Below are positions 20,857-31,180 of a stretch of 64,000 nucleotides of DNA, piece after piece. Under the pieces are notes generated by a model. The model was not told the origin of the DNA, did no database searches, and was given only the letters and a program-made list of their open reading frames with translations. The stretch is from assembly GCA_019057865.1 (NCBI GenBank), contig JAHLWP010000001.1:96001-160000 (forward strand), given 5' to 3'. Position 1 is the first letter of the stretch. Each line of letters begins with the position of its first letter. This stretch comes from Promethearchaeota archaeon (GTDB taxonomy: Archaea > Asgardarchaeota > Lokiarchaeia > Sigyniarchaeales > SOKP01). Both the position numbers and the translations under genes were made by a program.

Positions 20857-21825
20857 ATGGTTATGAGTGCCCCGCTAATTAATAATCTGGAAATTAAAAA
20901 TGTAACCAATGATATTTTACTAGTTCATCAGATAAAAGCAAAAGGCAATTTTTCCACTTGTGATGGTTTGATTATTCTACCAAAGGGTGGTAGAAATTCT
21001 AAAACAATAGTTCTCGATGTTAATATTGAACCTAAATATATAAACGAACTAAATAATATTTATGGTCCTATTTCAAATTATGTTTGTACTCATGGACACA
21101 TAGATCATTCCTCTCATGTTTATGAATGGGAACAACTTGGAGCTATTGTGTATGCTCCAAATCCTGAAGCATCATTTTTATTAGATCTTCATAATTTTTT
21201 TGAAGGTTTTGGATTTAATGAAGCAATGGATTATTCAGATGTAGAGAAATTTGGTGAATTAAATGGTTTTCATGAATGTAATAATGTAAATCCTTTTGAA
21301 CCAGGGGATTCATTAAAATTTGAAAATTTTATTATTGAGACAATCTCATTTCCATGTCATTCAAAAGCACATGTAGGGTTATTTTTACCCAATGAAAAAA
21401 TATTACATGTAAGTTGCCTAGGATTTGATCAACCAAAACCGGATGTAGATGGTTTTGGACCTTGGTATGGTTTTAAGGAATGCTCTATTGAACAATACCT
21501 GAGTGATATTAATTATGCGGAAGAACTCTACATTAAAAAAGTAGAATTTTTAACTTCTAGCCATTCTTATATTGCTAAGAATCCAGATAGAAGTCCATTT
21601 AATTATATGAGAAAAAAGATTAATGATAATCAGAATAAAGTTGATGAGGCTCTAAAATCTTTGGATTTTCAATTGAATTTTGAAGAAAAACTCAAAAAGA
21701 TGCTAGAGTTAGATATTTTCTTTCCAAAAAAGAAAATGGAAGGTTTTTTATTAAACATTTATACCTTATGGGAATCTTGGATAATAAGAAAACATCTTGA
21801 AAGAAGCAAAATTATAAATAAATAA
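20857..21825 (+). CDS. Metallo-beta-lactamase fold hydrolase
   Basis: THGHIDH, PCHSKAH, LTSSH. Confidence 0.8.
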   Translation: MVMSAPLINNLEIKNVTNDILLVHQIKAKGNFSTCDGLIILPKGGRNSKTIVLDVNIEPKYINELNNIYGPISNYVCTHGHIDHSSHVYEWEQLGAIVYAPNPEASFLLDLHNFFEGFGFNEAMDYSDVEKFGELNGFHECNNVNPFEPGDSLKFENFIIETISFPCHSKAHVGLFLPNEKILHVSCLGFDQPKPDVDGFGPWYGFKECSIEQYLSDINYAEELYIKKVEFLTSSHSYIAKNPDRSPFNYMRKKINDNQNKVDEALKSLDFQLNFEEKLKKMLELDIFFPKKKMEGFLLNIYTLWESWIIRKHLERSKIINK

Positions 21826-21835
21826 TTTTTTCTGT

Positions 21836-22885
21836 TTAGTTATTATCTAGTTCTAAAATCACCTTTAAAGATTCGCCAGCTTCACATACTACTTTAAATG
21901 CTTCTCCAACTTTGCTTAGTGGGAATCGATGTGTGATAATATCAATGACATTAATTTTTTTTGAAAGTATCCAATTATATGCTTCATCGAGGTCTTCAGG
22001 TGCAGCACCATAGGAGGTCATAATTGTTATTTCATTTCTCCAGTATTCATTTATTGGAACTTCAAGCTTTATTCTTGGTTTTGGAACCGCAAAGAAAATG
22101 ATTTTACTTCCTGGAGCTGCGCATTCTAAAGCTTGTTTTGCCGCCGATAAAGCACCAGCACAAACAATTACTATATCCGCTAACCTACCTTCATTAACTC
22201 TTTTTAATTCAGTTGCGATATCCTCTTTTGCATGAAATACAACATCTGCTCCAAACTTTTTCGCCATCTGTAATCTGAATTCATTTATATCAGTTGCAAT
22301 TATTTTTTTTGCACCTCTTAATTTTGCCAATTGAATATGTAATATACCAGATACACCACTTCCCAATATCAGAACAGTAAAACCTTTTTTAACATTAGCT
22401 AATCTTTGAGCACGACACACACATCCAAGAGGTTCAATAAATACAGCTTCTTCATATGACACGCTTTTATCTAAAATATACACGCCTTTTTTTTCTATGT
22501 TAACTTTTGGGACTCGAACATATTCTGCAAAGCCGCCAGGATCAAAATTTGTGTTATGTAGTAAATCACAAGCAGTATGATGTCCTTGTTTACAATAATG
22601 ACATTCAAAGCATGGGACATGATGAGACACAAAAACACGATCTCCCACTTTAAGGTGTTTTATAGTATTGCTTATCTCAACAATATCTCCTGCAATTTCA
22701 TGACCCAATACCAAAGAATTTACACTTAATTTTTTCATTTTAGCAAAGCGATAATATTCGAGGATATCAGAACCACAAATTCCAGACTTTTTCACCTTAA
22801 CTAAGAATTCTCCTGTTCCAATAATTGGTTTTAACATTTCATCTACTCGAACATCATCATTGCTATAATATCTTGCGATCTTCAT
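21836..22885 (-). CDS. Zn-dependent medium-chain alcohol/sugar dehydrogenase
   Basis: GICGSD, LGHE, CFECHYCKQGHHTAC, ILGSGVSG. Confidence 0.9.
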   Translation of the reverse strand: MKIARYYSNDDVRVDEMLKPIIGTGEFLVKVKKSGICGSDILEYYRFAKMKKLSVNSLVLGHEIAGDIVEISNTIKHLKVGDRVFVSHHVPCFECHYCKQGHHTACDLLHNTNFDPGGFAEYVRVPKVNIEKKGVYILDKSVSYEEAVFIEPLGCVCRAQRLANVKKGFTVLILGSGVSGILHIQLAKLRGAKKIIATDINEFRLQMAKKFGADVVFHAKEDIATELKRVNEGRLADIVIVCAGALSAAKQALECAAPGSKIIFFAVPKPRIKLEVPINEYWRNEITIMTSYGAAPEDLDEAYNWILSKKINVIDIITHRFPLSKVGEAFKVVCEAGESLKVILELDNN

Positions 22886-22904
22886 TTTTTACTCATAAAA
22901 TTCT

Positions 22905-23843
22905 TTATTTTAATGATAAAATCTTATTCAAATCTTCTTTTTTTAACTTTAATAGCTCTACTTCAGGCAATCTTTCTGTGAGTAACCGCCAATTATTATC
23001 TTTCTTAAATACGTCTTTAAATATTTGTAATGCAGCATCAAGTTTTTGACTATTAGCCAAAGATACTGCAGTCCAATATTTCATTTCAAGATTGTCTGGA
23101 AACATTTGCATGGCAGTTTTATATTCTTTAAGAGCTTCATTAACATCACCTTTATCAAATGCTTGGTCTCCATAATCCATATGCTCATAAGCTCTATATA
23201 ATTTTAACAATCTGCTAAGCTCCTCTAATGGTTCTTTATGATCTTCTACCCTGAGATCGATAAGGGGATCTTCCCATTTATCTTCTATTAGCTCACCTCT
23301 GACTATCAATAGAGCAGCAGATTGCATTCCCCTAATATCACCACCAACTGACTCTGCTGCTTCTAAAGTTTTGATTATACGCTCAGGTAGAGGGAGATCC
23401 TTATTACTTTCATAAGTTTCTGCCATTTTAGGCCAGACCTTATCTGATAACATCAAATTTGCCTGAACTGAAAAATTATCTCCTTTTATATGACCTGCAT
23501 GTTTTATACACTTTGAACCCGTATGAGTTGCAACACTATCTTGAACATTTAAAATAGCAACTTGCCTTACATCCTTATCATCATCATCAGAAAGCAAAAT
23601 GCTTAATGTTTCTTCTGGAGATTTTCCCTGTTTTAATAATTCAAGACCTCGTAGCCCAAAAGATTTGTTCAAAAAAGATTGTGTTGCTACAACTCCTACG
23701 CCTGATTCTCCCCATGCTACAACAGAAACATTGAAATAATGACTTTGTACTCCCACACCCATTTCTCTAGTTTCAGGATCTCTTGCCACAATAGAATAAG
23801 TATGAGCAATTGGATGGATTCTATTATATCTTGTATTTCTCAT
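22905..23843 (-). CDS. DUF1028 (Ntn-hydrolase-like) protein with C-terminal TPR
   Basis: HTYSIVARD, GVVATQ, GGDIRGMQSAAL, DLRVEDH; TPR-like helices. Confidence 0.85.
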   Translation of the reverse strand: MRNTRYNRIHPIAHTYSIVARDPETREMGVGVQSHYFNVSVVAWGESGVGVVATQSFLNKSFGLRGLELLKQGKSPEETLSILLSDDDDKDVRQVAILNVQDSVATHTGSKCIKHAGHIKGDNFSVQANLMLSDKVWPKMAETYESNKDLPLPERIIKTLEAAESVGGDIRGMQSAALLIVRGELIEDKWEDPLIDLRVEDHKEPLEELSRLLKLYRAYEHMDYGDQAFDKGDVNEALKEYKTAMQMFPDNLEMKYWTAVSLANSQKLDAALQIFKDVFKKDNNWRLLTERLPEVELLKLKKEDLNKILSLK

Positions 23844-23974
23844 AAACCTTTTTCCTAAAAATAGTGATTAGAATAGAATTTATTTATGAGTATTTATCTT
23901 TAGATAAATTTTTATCCATTTAATAAAAAAATTGAGATTTAAAAATAAAAAAAAACGAATAAAAATTGGATTCG

Positions 23975-24613
23975 TTATCTTGTTTTCCTACGGGTTAATA
24001 GTTTAAATGCTATATCTGTTCCCATCCCTTGTTTGTAAGCTAATTCAATCCAAAGCATAGCAAGAGGTTCTATAAGTCTAGCATTTATTAATGGTCCTGC
24101 ATCTATAACATCAAACCCAAGATCGATTCCTAATTGCTTCACTTTTGATTTTGCTTCTAAATTATCTCCACAAATAAATATATTTGCTTGTTGGGAGCCA
24201 AATTGTAATTTATTTAAACTTTCTACTCCAACAGTATGAACTGCCTTTATCACTTTAGCCCCTACTGCCCACTTTGCGATTTTTTCTGCTGCAGAGGTAG
24301 TAGGTCCTATTGATACACCTCCCAAATGGGGTGCTGCTGTAGTAGTAGAATCTACAAGAATCTTTCCATCTAAAACTCCTGCTGTCTTGATTGATTCTTT
24401 TGCTCCTGACCATGGAACGGCAAGAACGATAATATCAGCAAATTTTGCAGCTTCTTCATATGTTCCACCACTTGCACCACTTCCAATTGAATTGGCTAGC
24501 TTTTTTGCTTTCTGAGGATCGCGAGAACCAAACATAATCGTATGATCCTTTTCTGCCCACATTTTTCCTAGAGTACTCCCCAACCTTCCTGTCCCTATAA
24601 TTGCAATTTTCAT
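23975..24613 (-). CDS. F420-dependent NADP oxidoreductase family (Fno/NpdG-like)
   Basis: IAIIGTGRLG, GSRDP, IVLAVPW, ICGD, DAGPLINARLIEP. Confidence 0.85.
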   Translation of the reverse strand: MKIAIIGTGRLGSTLGKMWAEKDHTIMFGSRDPQKAKKLANSIGSGASGGTYEEAAKFADIIVLAVPWSGAKESIKTAGVLDGKILVDSTTTAAPHLGGVSIGPTTSAAEKIAKWAVGAKVIKAVHTVGVESLNKLQFGSQQANIFICGDNLEAKSKVKQLGIDLGFDVIDAGPLINARLIEPLAMLWIELAYKQGMGTDIAFKLLTRRKTR

Positions 24614-24743
24614 TAATTTTACCTTTGGATTAATTTTTGTTAGATGAATATAATTTCTGAACTGCTTTTTTTCTAATTGAAAATAAATCAGTTGACTATT
24701 TATATCTTGAGTTATGTATCAGATATATTAAAAATTAAGAGAT

Positions 24744-25328
24744 TTATTCAACTAAAGTATTGAGTATTTGAACCGCTCTTGAGAGATTGAAAATTCCACA
24801 AACACATGGTCTTGTTAATTTCTTTACTGCTTCTTTCACTGAAATTTTTCCATTTTTAATTAATTGAACATAGTACTCAACAGATTGGCTGGAGATACAA
24901 TGATGCCCACACATAGTTGTAATTTCTAAAATTTTTTCAGAAGGTAATAACTCTTTTTTCCCAAATGTACCTAAGGAAAGATGAACAGTATGTATGCTTA
25001 ATCCAACATCTTCAGTAGTTTTTTTAATATCAGAAAGTAATCCACTTATGACTATAGAAACTCCTAAATTTTCTTTTTTAAGAACTTTTAGAACTTTTTT
25101 CACTGATTTAATATTGGAGAATGTAGCAGTTATAATAGGAGAAATCCTCCAAAGCTTTTTTGGCATAATATTTATAGGGTTATGTTCATTTAGAATTTCA
25201 CCAATCCTTATTAATTTTTTACGTGAATCGGGATATTTATCATTTATCCCTGCTGCAAGCATAGCTAAAATAACATAATCTCTCTTAAGATCTTCTATAT
25301 TTCCTTTTCGATGTAAAGAGTGAGTCAT
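24744..25328 (-). CDS. Uncharacterised Cys/His-motif protein, partner of the upstream 4Fe-4S gene
   Basis: MTHSLHR, ITTMCGHHCIS, CVCGIFN; SD GGAGGT upstream. Confidence 0.75.
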   Translation of the reverse strand: MTHSLHRKGNIEDLKRDYVILAMLAAGINDKYPDSRKKLIRIGEILNEHNPINIMPKKLWRISPIITATFSNIKSVKKVLKVLKKENLGVSIVISGLLSDIKKTTEDVGLSIHTVHLSLGTFGKKELLPSEKILEITTMCGHHCISSQSVEYYVQLIKNGKISVKEAVKKLTRPCVCGIFNLSRAVQILNTLVE

Positions 25329-25349
25329 TAACTTATATACCTCCCATGC

Positions 25350-26051
25350 TTAAGCTCTACCTAATCCCACATTGGCTTTAATATTTTTCCTAACCTTAAA
25401 ACCTTCTTCGGATAATAAATTTATAATTGGTATATCACCGTTTTCCATTATTCTAGTAATTATACCGACCGAAAATACAGTATCAATTTTCTTTTCAACT
25501 TCTCTTATAACGTTTAACACATCAGTGATTTTGCTATTATGAACCTTAAATTCAATTGTTGCCGAGAGAACTTTTTCATTTTTTATATCTTCTTTAATAT
25601 GTCCTTTATCATCAATTATAATTGCTGTAACAGGACTCTCTTTTTCATATTCTACTCCAATTTTTGATAGTTTTGTGGTGAATAATTCGATATTTCTGAG
25701 GTATGAGCCTACTCCAGGACGTCCTATTTCTATAGAGATTCCAATTTCACCGAGACTATAGCGATTAGTTACATCATTAGTTTTCATTTCTTCAGTCCCT
25801 CTCCCAGGTATTCCTGTTACTTTATGTGTAGTAATTACATTACTAAATGGACTACGTATAATACGAGGCCATTTTAGTCGTTTAGATCTTATTGCTTTGA
25901 CGGGACACTCAGCATCTCGATAACAAACAGCACATTCAACGCATTGATCTTGATTTATTACAGCTTTATTATCTATTAATTCTATAGCATGAACAGGACA
26001 AACAATAATACATTGTCCGCAACCTGTACAAACCTCTGTTTTTATCTCCAT
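25350..26051 (-). CDS. 4Fe-4S dicluster protein with uncharacterised C-terminal domain
   Basis: CTGCGQCIIVCP, CVECAVCYRDAECP; PGRGTEEMKTNDVT, EIGRPGVG. Confidence 0.8.
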   Translation of the reverse strand: MEIKTEVCTGCGQCIIVCPVHAIELIDNKAVINQDQCVECAVCYRDAECPVKAIRSKRLKWPRIIRSPFSNVITTHKVTGIPGRGTEEMKTNDVTNRYSLGEIGISIEIGRPGVGSYLRNIELFTTKLSKIGVEYEKESPVTAIIIDDKGHIKEDIKNEKVLSATIEFKVHNSKITDVLNVIREVEKKIDTVFSVGIITRIMENGDIPIINLLSEEGFKVRKNIKANVGLGRA

Positions 26052-26078
26052 AACTGTATCCTACAATAAGCCAATTTT

Positions 26079-27347
26079 TTAAGATTTCATAGATTTAATA
26101 TTTTCTATATCACGTGGAAGAAATTTTAAAATTGGAATTAGTAATAAAATACATGATAAAGCCATTATAGATAAAATAAAATATCCTGGACTATAATGAT
26201 TATTAAAAATTAAAAAGAATTGTCCAAGCAATAATAAACTTATACTTCGCCCAAATGTAATGGTTGCTAAGTAATTCAAAGAATAAATCGTTGATCTAAT
26301 TTGAGGAGGATTAATTTCTCCTAATGTTGCCTGAGTGAGAGGGTCAATTCCACCGAATAAGAATGCACCTACAAATGAAAGGGCTAAAAAAACAATAGCA
26401 ATCGATATTTCGTTTGATATAAAGTATAATGAATAGGCTATTATATAGAAAACGGATCCGCCTATGAGACAATATAAAACGATCTTTATCCTTCCATTTT
26501 TGTCTATTTCATATTTCTTATCTCCAAGTTTGCCAAATAATGGACCAGAAGGAACTTGACTTCCAAATACTAAAATCATGAAGAAGGTTGCTAATGTAGA
26601 GCTAAGATCATAATCTTTCTTAAGCATTGATATAAAGAATGAAGAAATTGCTCCAATAGATATGAACATGGCAAAATTAAATACCAATATCCAAAATGTT
26701 GTTTTAATTTTCCAAATTTGTTTGAAATCTTTTAATTTGACTTTATATCCTAATCCTAAAGCACTCTCATCAATTGTTTTATAAAGCTTATCCTTTGCTC
26801 CTCTTACTGGTTCTTTAACTAAAAATAATAAACCTGTGCATACAAAACCAAATATAGAAACAATTAATAGAGGCGTTTGCCATGTATAGTAATCAATCAA
26901 AAATCCTGAGAGCATTTGACCTAAACCATTGCCTAAAACATAAACAGCGCTTAAAACTCCAAATTTTTTACCCCGACTTTCAGCATCAACTAAATCAACA
27001 ATTAAAGAAAACACTAAAGGTAAAGCAGCACCAAATCCGATTGCTGCGATTATTTGAAATATTAATAATGAAAGAAAATCAGTTGATAATATTGTTAATA
27101 AGGTAAGAATTGACCATTCTAAGGTGCTTATAATAAGTAAATTCTTTCGTGAAAATTTATCCCCCAATAAAGCCCAAAAAAGTGAACTAATTGCCCCAAC
27201 CATTAAAAATATTGAATTTATAAAAACTACTTGGTTTTCCTCGAAATGTAGAGCACTTGAAATTTCTTCTGCCATTGGAGTTATAATGCTAAAAAGAGCA
27301 CTACTAAACAGCGTTAATAAAATTAAAATTTGAGTATTTTTCGGCAT
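26079..27347 (-). CDS. MFS transporter
   Basis: 12 TM; motif A-like LLGDKFSRK and GKLGDKK. Confidence 0.88.
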   Translation of the reverse strand: MPKNTQILILLTLFSSALFSIITPMAEEISSALHFEENQVVFINSIFLMVGAISSLFWALLGDKFSRKNLLIISTLEWSILTLLTILSTDFLSLLIFQIIAAIGFGAALPLVFSLIVDLVDAESRGKKFGVLSAVYVLGNGLGQMLSGFLIDYYTWQTPLLIVSIFGFVCTGLLFLVKEPVRGAKDKLYKTIDESALGLGYKVKLKDFKQIWKIKTTFWILVFNFAMFISIGAISSFFISMLKKDYDLSSTLATFFMILVFGSQVPSGPLFGKLGDKKYEIDKNGRIKIVLYCLIGGSVFYIIAYSLYFISNEISIAIVFLALSFVGAFLFGGIDPLTQATLGEINPPQIRSTIYSLNYLATITFGRSISLLLLGQFFLIFNNHYSPGYFILSIMALSCILLLIPILKFLPRDIENIKSMKS

Positions 27348-27500
27348 TTTTATAAAATAACTTATTTATTAAATTGTAATTTTAATTATGTGATTTCTAT
27401 ATTTAATATTTTAATTAATTTAGATTGAAAACTTTATTTTCTTGAACAAAATAACCATAATTACTAAACAATGGTTATAAAAATAAATAAAAAAAGTAAT

Positions 27501-27713
27501 TTATGTTCTTTTATTTGATTTGCTTCTCATTAGCATTTTAAAGCTACTTTCATCGAGATCTTTATACATCTTCAACTCATTTGCTAAAAAATTATGGAGA
27601 GCAATTCTTATCGCTTCACTCCTCGAAGGATATACGCCAAGATCATTGAGAATCTGAATAGCATCAAGATATTTTTCTGGTAAATTTATAGTTATGATCT
27701 TCATTTCTAACAA
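27501..27713 (-). CDS. CopG/ribbon-helix-helix transcriptional regulator
   Basis: KIITINLPEKYLDAIQIL..GVYPSRSEAIR. Confidence 0.88.
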   Translation of the reverse strand: MLEMKIITINLPEKYLDAIQILNDLGVYPSRSEAIRIALHNFLANELKMYKDLDESSFKMLMRSKSNKRT

Positions 27714-27955
27714 CCCTTAATATCAAATTAATAAAAAATTGGAATTATAAATAATTAGTTAATAATTAATTTTGTCGAATTATTTATAAATCAAGAGTAT
27801 TAATCCTTTAATGTATTAATTGTTTAATGGCTAACGAATATAATTATATCTTTCCTTTAATAAATGCTGTCAATTATTAACGTATTAATATTAGAAGCTT
27901 TTTAACTCTAATGTTAAAAAAAGATTAAAACAAGAAAAAAGTAACTTAAAATCGA

Positions 27956-28714
27956 TTAAGGTTCATTTAGCGATTTAACATGTAAGATTAATGAGAATGA
28001 GGATTTATACAACTCTGCATGACCAACTTCTTTAATATCCTGCAAATAATTTATTGTATAATCCTCTTCCCGTTTTAAATATGTTTTGTCTTTAGTTTTG
28101 TGATCCTTATCCAAGAATACATCGATTTTTAAAACTTTTTGATCCAAACGGCTTGGCATCTCCGGCATCAAATTAAAAGTAAAAATTAAGTCAGGATCAG
28201 AAATATTTTTTGCATCGATAACAAAAAGTAAGTTTGGCTCAGATACAGCAAGGAAACTCTCTAATGAATGAAATAAGTCATCAATTTTTATATTTATCTT
28301 ATTTTTTCTATCATCATTAAAAGCACTACAATCACTAATCTTAGGAAGGAGAAATTTTTCTTTACCGCGAAATGCAAGGCTAACCTCATTAGGATTCAAA
28401 TAATTCTTAATAATTGAATCATCTTTTTCCAAAATAAAATTATTTGAAATTGGATCAGTTTTAACATAAATTATTAATGACCCTGCTGAGATTAAATTAA
28501 TTTTTTGATAATAAATTTTAAAAATTGGATTGTAAGGTAAATTAATTATTTCTTTAGTACCACCAAGACCAATTTGGGCTAAAATATTTGATGGTACTTG
28601 GCTTGTTAATGTGAATAACAAAAAGGGTCTGAAATTTTCTAATTCTATGAAATTTGTAAAATCTTTTAAATACTCGCTTACTAAATTGATTTTATCTAAA
28701 AGTTCTTCACTCAT
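27956..28714 (-). CDS. Hypothetical protein
   Basis: 252-aa ORF with coding-like composition; no motif recognised. Confidence 0.65.
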   Translation of the reverse strand: MSEELLDKINLVSEYLKDFTNFIELENFRPFLLFTLTSQVPSNILAQIGLGGTKEIINLPYNPIFKIYYQKINLISAGSLIIYVKTDPISNNFILEKDDSIIKNYLNPNEVSLAFRGKEKFLLPKISDCSAFNDDRKNKINIKIDDLFHSLESFLAVSEPNLLFVIDAKNISDPDLIFTFNLMPEMPSRLDQKVLKIDVFLDKDHKTKDKTYLKREEDYTINYLQDIKEVGHAELYKSSFSLILHVKSLNEP

Positions 28715-28778
28715 ATTTACTCAATTGAAAAATCCATTTAAAGTTGATAAATCAAAGAATTAAGAATTACAATTAAAT

Positions 28779-29195
28779 TTATCCCAAATAGTTTGATAAA
28801 AATTTCTTTAAAGAATTTTTAACATCTGTAGAAATATGATGTTCAATTTCACACGAGATTTTTTCAACTAAATCCATATCATCAATCTTTAAAACTTTTT
28901 CAAAAAAGGCATATAGTAGATCATGAGTTTCATTCAACTGGATAGCTATTCTTTTTCCTTTTTCAGTTAATCTGATAGCTCTTCTAGGTTTCCATAAAAT
29001 TAAACCTGCTCGTTGAAGTTTCTCAAGCATGCCAGTAACACTTGCCGGTTTTACATTTAAATTTTCAGCGAGCTCTTTATTAGAAACCCAACCACCTCGT
29101 TTTTTATGTGATATAATGTATATCTCATCTAGATATCGTTGATAGCTTTCAGGGATATCTGATATATTTATATCATCTTTGCTATTGTTCGCCAT
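28779..29195 (-). CDS. DtxR/MntR family metal-dependent regulator
   Basis: YLDEIY, LAENLNVKPASVTGML, LTEKG, SCEIEHHIS. Confidence 0.9.
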   Translation of the reverse strand: MANNSKDDINISDIPESYQRYLDEIYIISHKKRGGWVSNKELAENLNVKPASVTGMLEKLQRAGLILWKPRRAIRLTEKGKRIAIQLNETHDLLYAFFEKVLKIDDMDLVEKISCEIEHHISTDVKNSLKKFLSNYLG

Positions 29196-29349
29196 ATTAT
29201 TTTAAAATTACTAAATGATTGTAATTATGCAAGAATGATAACATAAAATATTCATAAAAATCTTTTCAATATTACATCTAAAGAATTTTATAAATATAAT
29301 TATATATATTAGTTTTAATAGTACTAAAACGAATTATTTTTAAATAAAA

Positions 29350-29925
29350 ATGGTAAAAAATTTTCCAGGTACATTAATTTTAGTCGTTGGAAATTCTGGA
29401 TCTGGGAAAGATTCAATTATTAATGGAGTATCAGAAAAATATCCTTTAGATTTAAAGAAAATTTATATTGTAAAAAGGTACATTACTAGACCACCCTCTG
29501 AAACTGAGAATAATTACTTGATAGGTTCAGAAGAATTTAATGAGATGAGTAAACAAGGAGAATTTGCTTTACAGTGGCATATTTATGGATTAGATTATGG
29601 TGTCCCTATAGAAATAGAAGAATGGCTTAAAAAGGGACATATAGTAATAGTCAATGTTAGCAGAACAATCATTAATGACGCAAGAAAAAAATATAAGAAC
29701 CTCAAGGTTGTATTTATAGAAGTTCCTTTTGAAACTACTCTCCAACGTTTAAAAAGTAGAGAAAGAGAAAGCGAACAAGGATTGAAGGAAAGAATAGAAA
29801 GAGCCAGAAACAATCAAAAATTTCTTGAAGCAGACTTTGAAATTGATAATTCTGGGGATCTTGATGAAGCCATCAATCAATTTTTAAATTATGTTATAAG
29901 TATAGTAAAAGACAATAAACATTAA
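29350..29925 (+). CDS. phnN: Ribose 1,5-bisphosphokinase PhnN / guanylate-kinase-like
   Basis: VVGNSGSGKDS, RYITRP, FALQW..YGLDYG, VNVSR, IDNSGDL. Confidence 0.8.
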   Translation: MVKNFPGTLILVVGNSGSGKDSIINGVSEKYPLDLKKIYIVKRYITRPPSETENNYLIGSEEFNEMSKQGEFALQWHIYGLDYGVPIEIEEWLKKGHIVIVNVSRTIINDARKKYKNLKVVFIEVPFETTLQRLKSRERESEQGLKERIERARNNQKFLEADFEIDNSGDLDEAINQFLNYVISIVKDNKH

Positions 29926-29992
29926 ATAATGAATAAAATTTTTTTAGAAGGAAATACTATCAATATTACTTTTTTATCCTCTTTTAAACATT

Positions 29993-30095
29993 GGCCGGGT
30001 TCGTCTAGTGGTAAGGATTGGGGACTGTGAATCCCTAGAGGTTTAAGATCTATTCTATTACCGGGGAAAGACGGGTTCAATTCCCGTACCCGGCC
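29993..30095 (+). tRNA. tRNA-His(GTG) with encoded G-1 and a 30-nt intron in the variable region; CCA not encoded
   Basis: Acceptor GCCGGGT/ACCCGGC, D-arm GTCT-AGTGGTAA-GGAT, anticodon arm GGGGA-CTGTGAA-TCCCT (GTG 30027-30029), T-arm ACGGG-TTCAATT-CCCGT, G-1 (29993) and C73. Confidence 0.92.
30039..30068 (+). other. tRNA-His intron at position about 45/46 (relaxed BHB)
   Basis: Central helix CCCU/GGGG, bulges AG^A and AA^A, inner helix GGU/ACC; excision leaves a 4-nt variable region. Confidence 0.82.
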
Positions 30096-30247
30096 CTCCT
30101 TAATTTTTATTAAGACTCTATTTAATACATCATATTTATATGTACTTTTTATAATCAAGGTTTGAAAAATTGGAAAATTAAAATCAAAGCACTCATTTTA
30201 TTTAATCGCTAATTTGCAGTTACACAAAAGTTGAGTTATTTTAAATA

Positions 30248-30700
30248 ATGCTTTTAGAAGAAGATAAGCTTCGAGACATACCAGGTTGGAAAAAAGACGC
30301 TCCTATTCCAATTTGCATGGGCGGAGATTATCGTGCTTTAACTTTTTGTTGTAAAACAGGATATTCTTTAACTTTCAGTTTTAAGTGTAAAAGAGACAAA
30401 GTTTTAAATGAATTAAATCTTTCAGCAAAAGAGTTTATAAAAATTAAGGAGGATTTTTCTAAAAAAAACGGTTGGGATTCGGAAATTGTGTGTTTTGGCT
30501 CAATATCGTATTGTTGTATGAGACGTGGAGGTTGTCCTAGGCGTGATGTCGCTTTAAGCATTAGATATCCTAAAAAATCCAAAGAAGAATTTATGAGAAT
30601 TTACTTTCAAAAGAAGAAAGAGTTATCAAAAAGGATTTTAGAGAGTATTAAGAATTATAAAGGAAAGGAGAAAGTAAAACCTTACTTGGACTTGTTTTGA
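30248..30700 (+). CDS. Stand-alone methanogenesis marker 9-like Cys-rich domain protein
   Basis: WKKDAPIPICMGGDYRALTFCCK...C.RD...CFGSISYCC...CPRRD. Confidence 0.7.
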   Translation: MLLEEDKLRDIPGWKKDAPIPICMGGDYRALTFCCKTGYSLTFSFKCKRDKVLNELNLSAKEFIKIKEDFSKKNGWDSEIVCFGSISYCCMRRGGCPRRDVALSIRYPKKSKEEFMRIYFQKKKELSKRILESIKNYKGKEKVKPYLDLF

Positions 30701-30713
30701 AAAATCTATGCTT

Positions 30714-30995
30714 TTAGGATATAAACTCAGATTTTAATGATTTAAAAAGTACTTTATGCTCTTTCTTAGTTAAATCCTTAATCTTTTTCCCCCTTTTATG
30801 TAAATGATCAGGATTATCTATCATAAGTAAGTTCAATAGGAAAAGTAAACAATTTTTAGCTTTAAAATTATTATGATTGATTGAGAAATCATTCATTAAT
30901 TTAATCATATATGTTACTGTCCAAAGCTCTGAGAAACTTTTCGACCTATTAATATTATGATTATAAAAATCTAATATCTCGTCAAAGCAATCCAC
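30714..30995 (-). CDS. Hypothetical protein
   Basis: 93-aa ORF with GTG start; no motif. Confidence 0.5.
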   Translation of the reverse strand: MDCFDEILDFYNHNINRSKSFSELWTVTYMIKLMNDFSINHNNFKAKNCLLFLLNLLMIDNPDHLHKRGKKIKDLTKKEHKVLFKSLKSEFIS

Positions 30996-31180
30996 TTTTT
31001 ATCACTTATATATATTCCATTAGCAAATCTTAAAAGTTTTGTGGTTTTACTTCAAAGTTAAACTACTAAATTATACAGAGATTAATGAACATATTAATAA
31101 CTAATTAAATATGAAATTCCTTTTTGTCTGGAGAATTATAGGAAATTTTAAATAGTTGTTTTAATAAATATTTTCTTAAG

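Noticed and set aside
29922-30158. 78-aa minus-strand ORF
   Set aside because: Antisense shadow of the tRNA-His gene.
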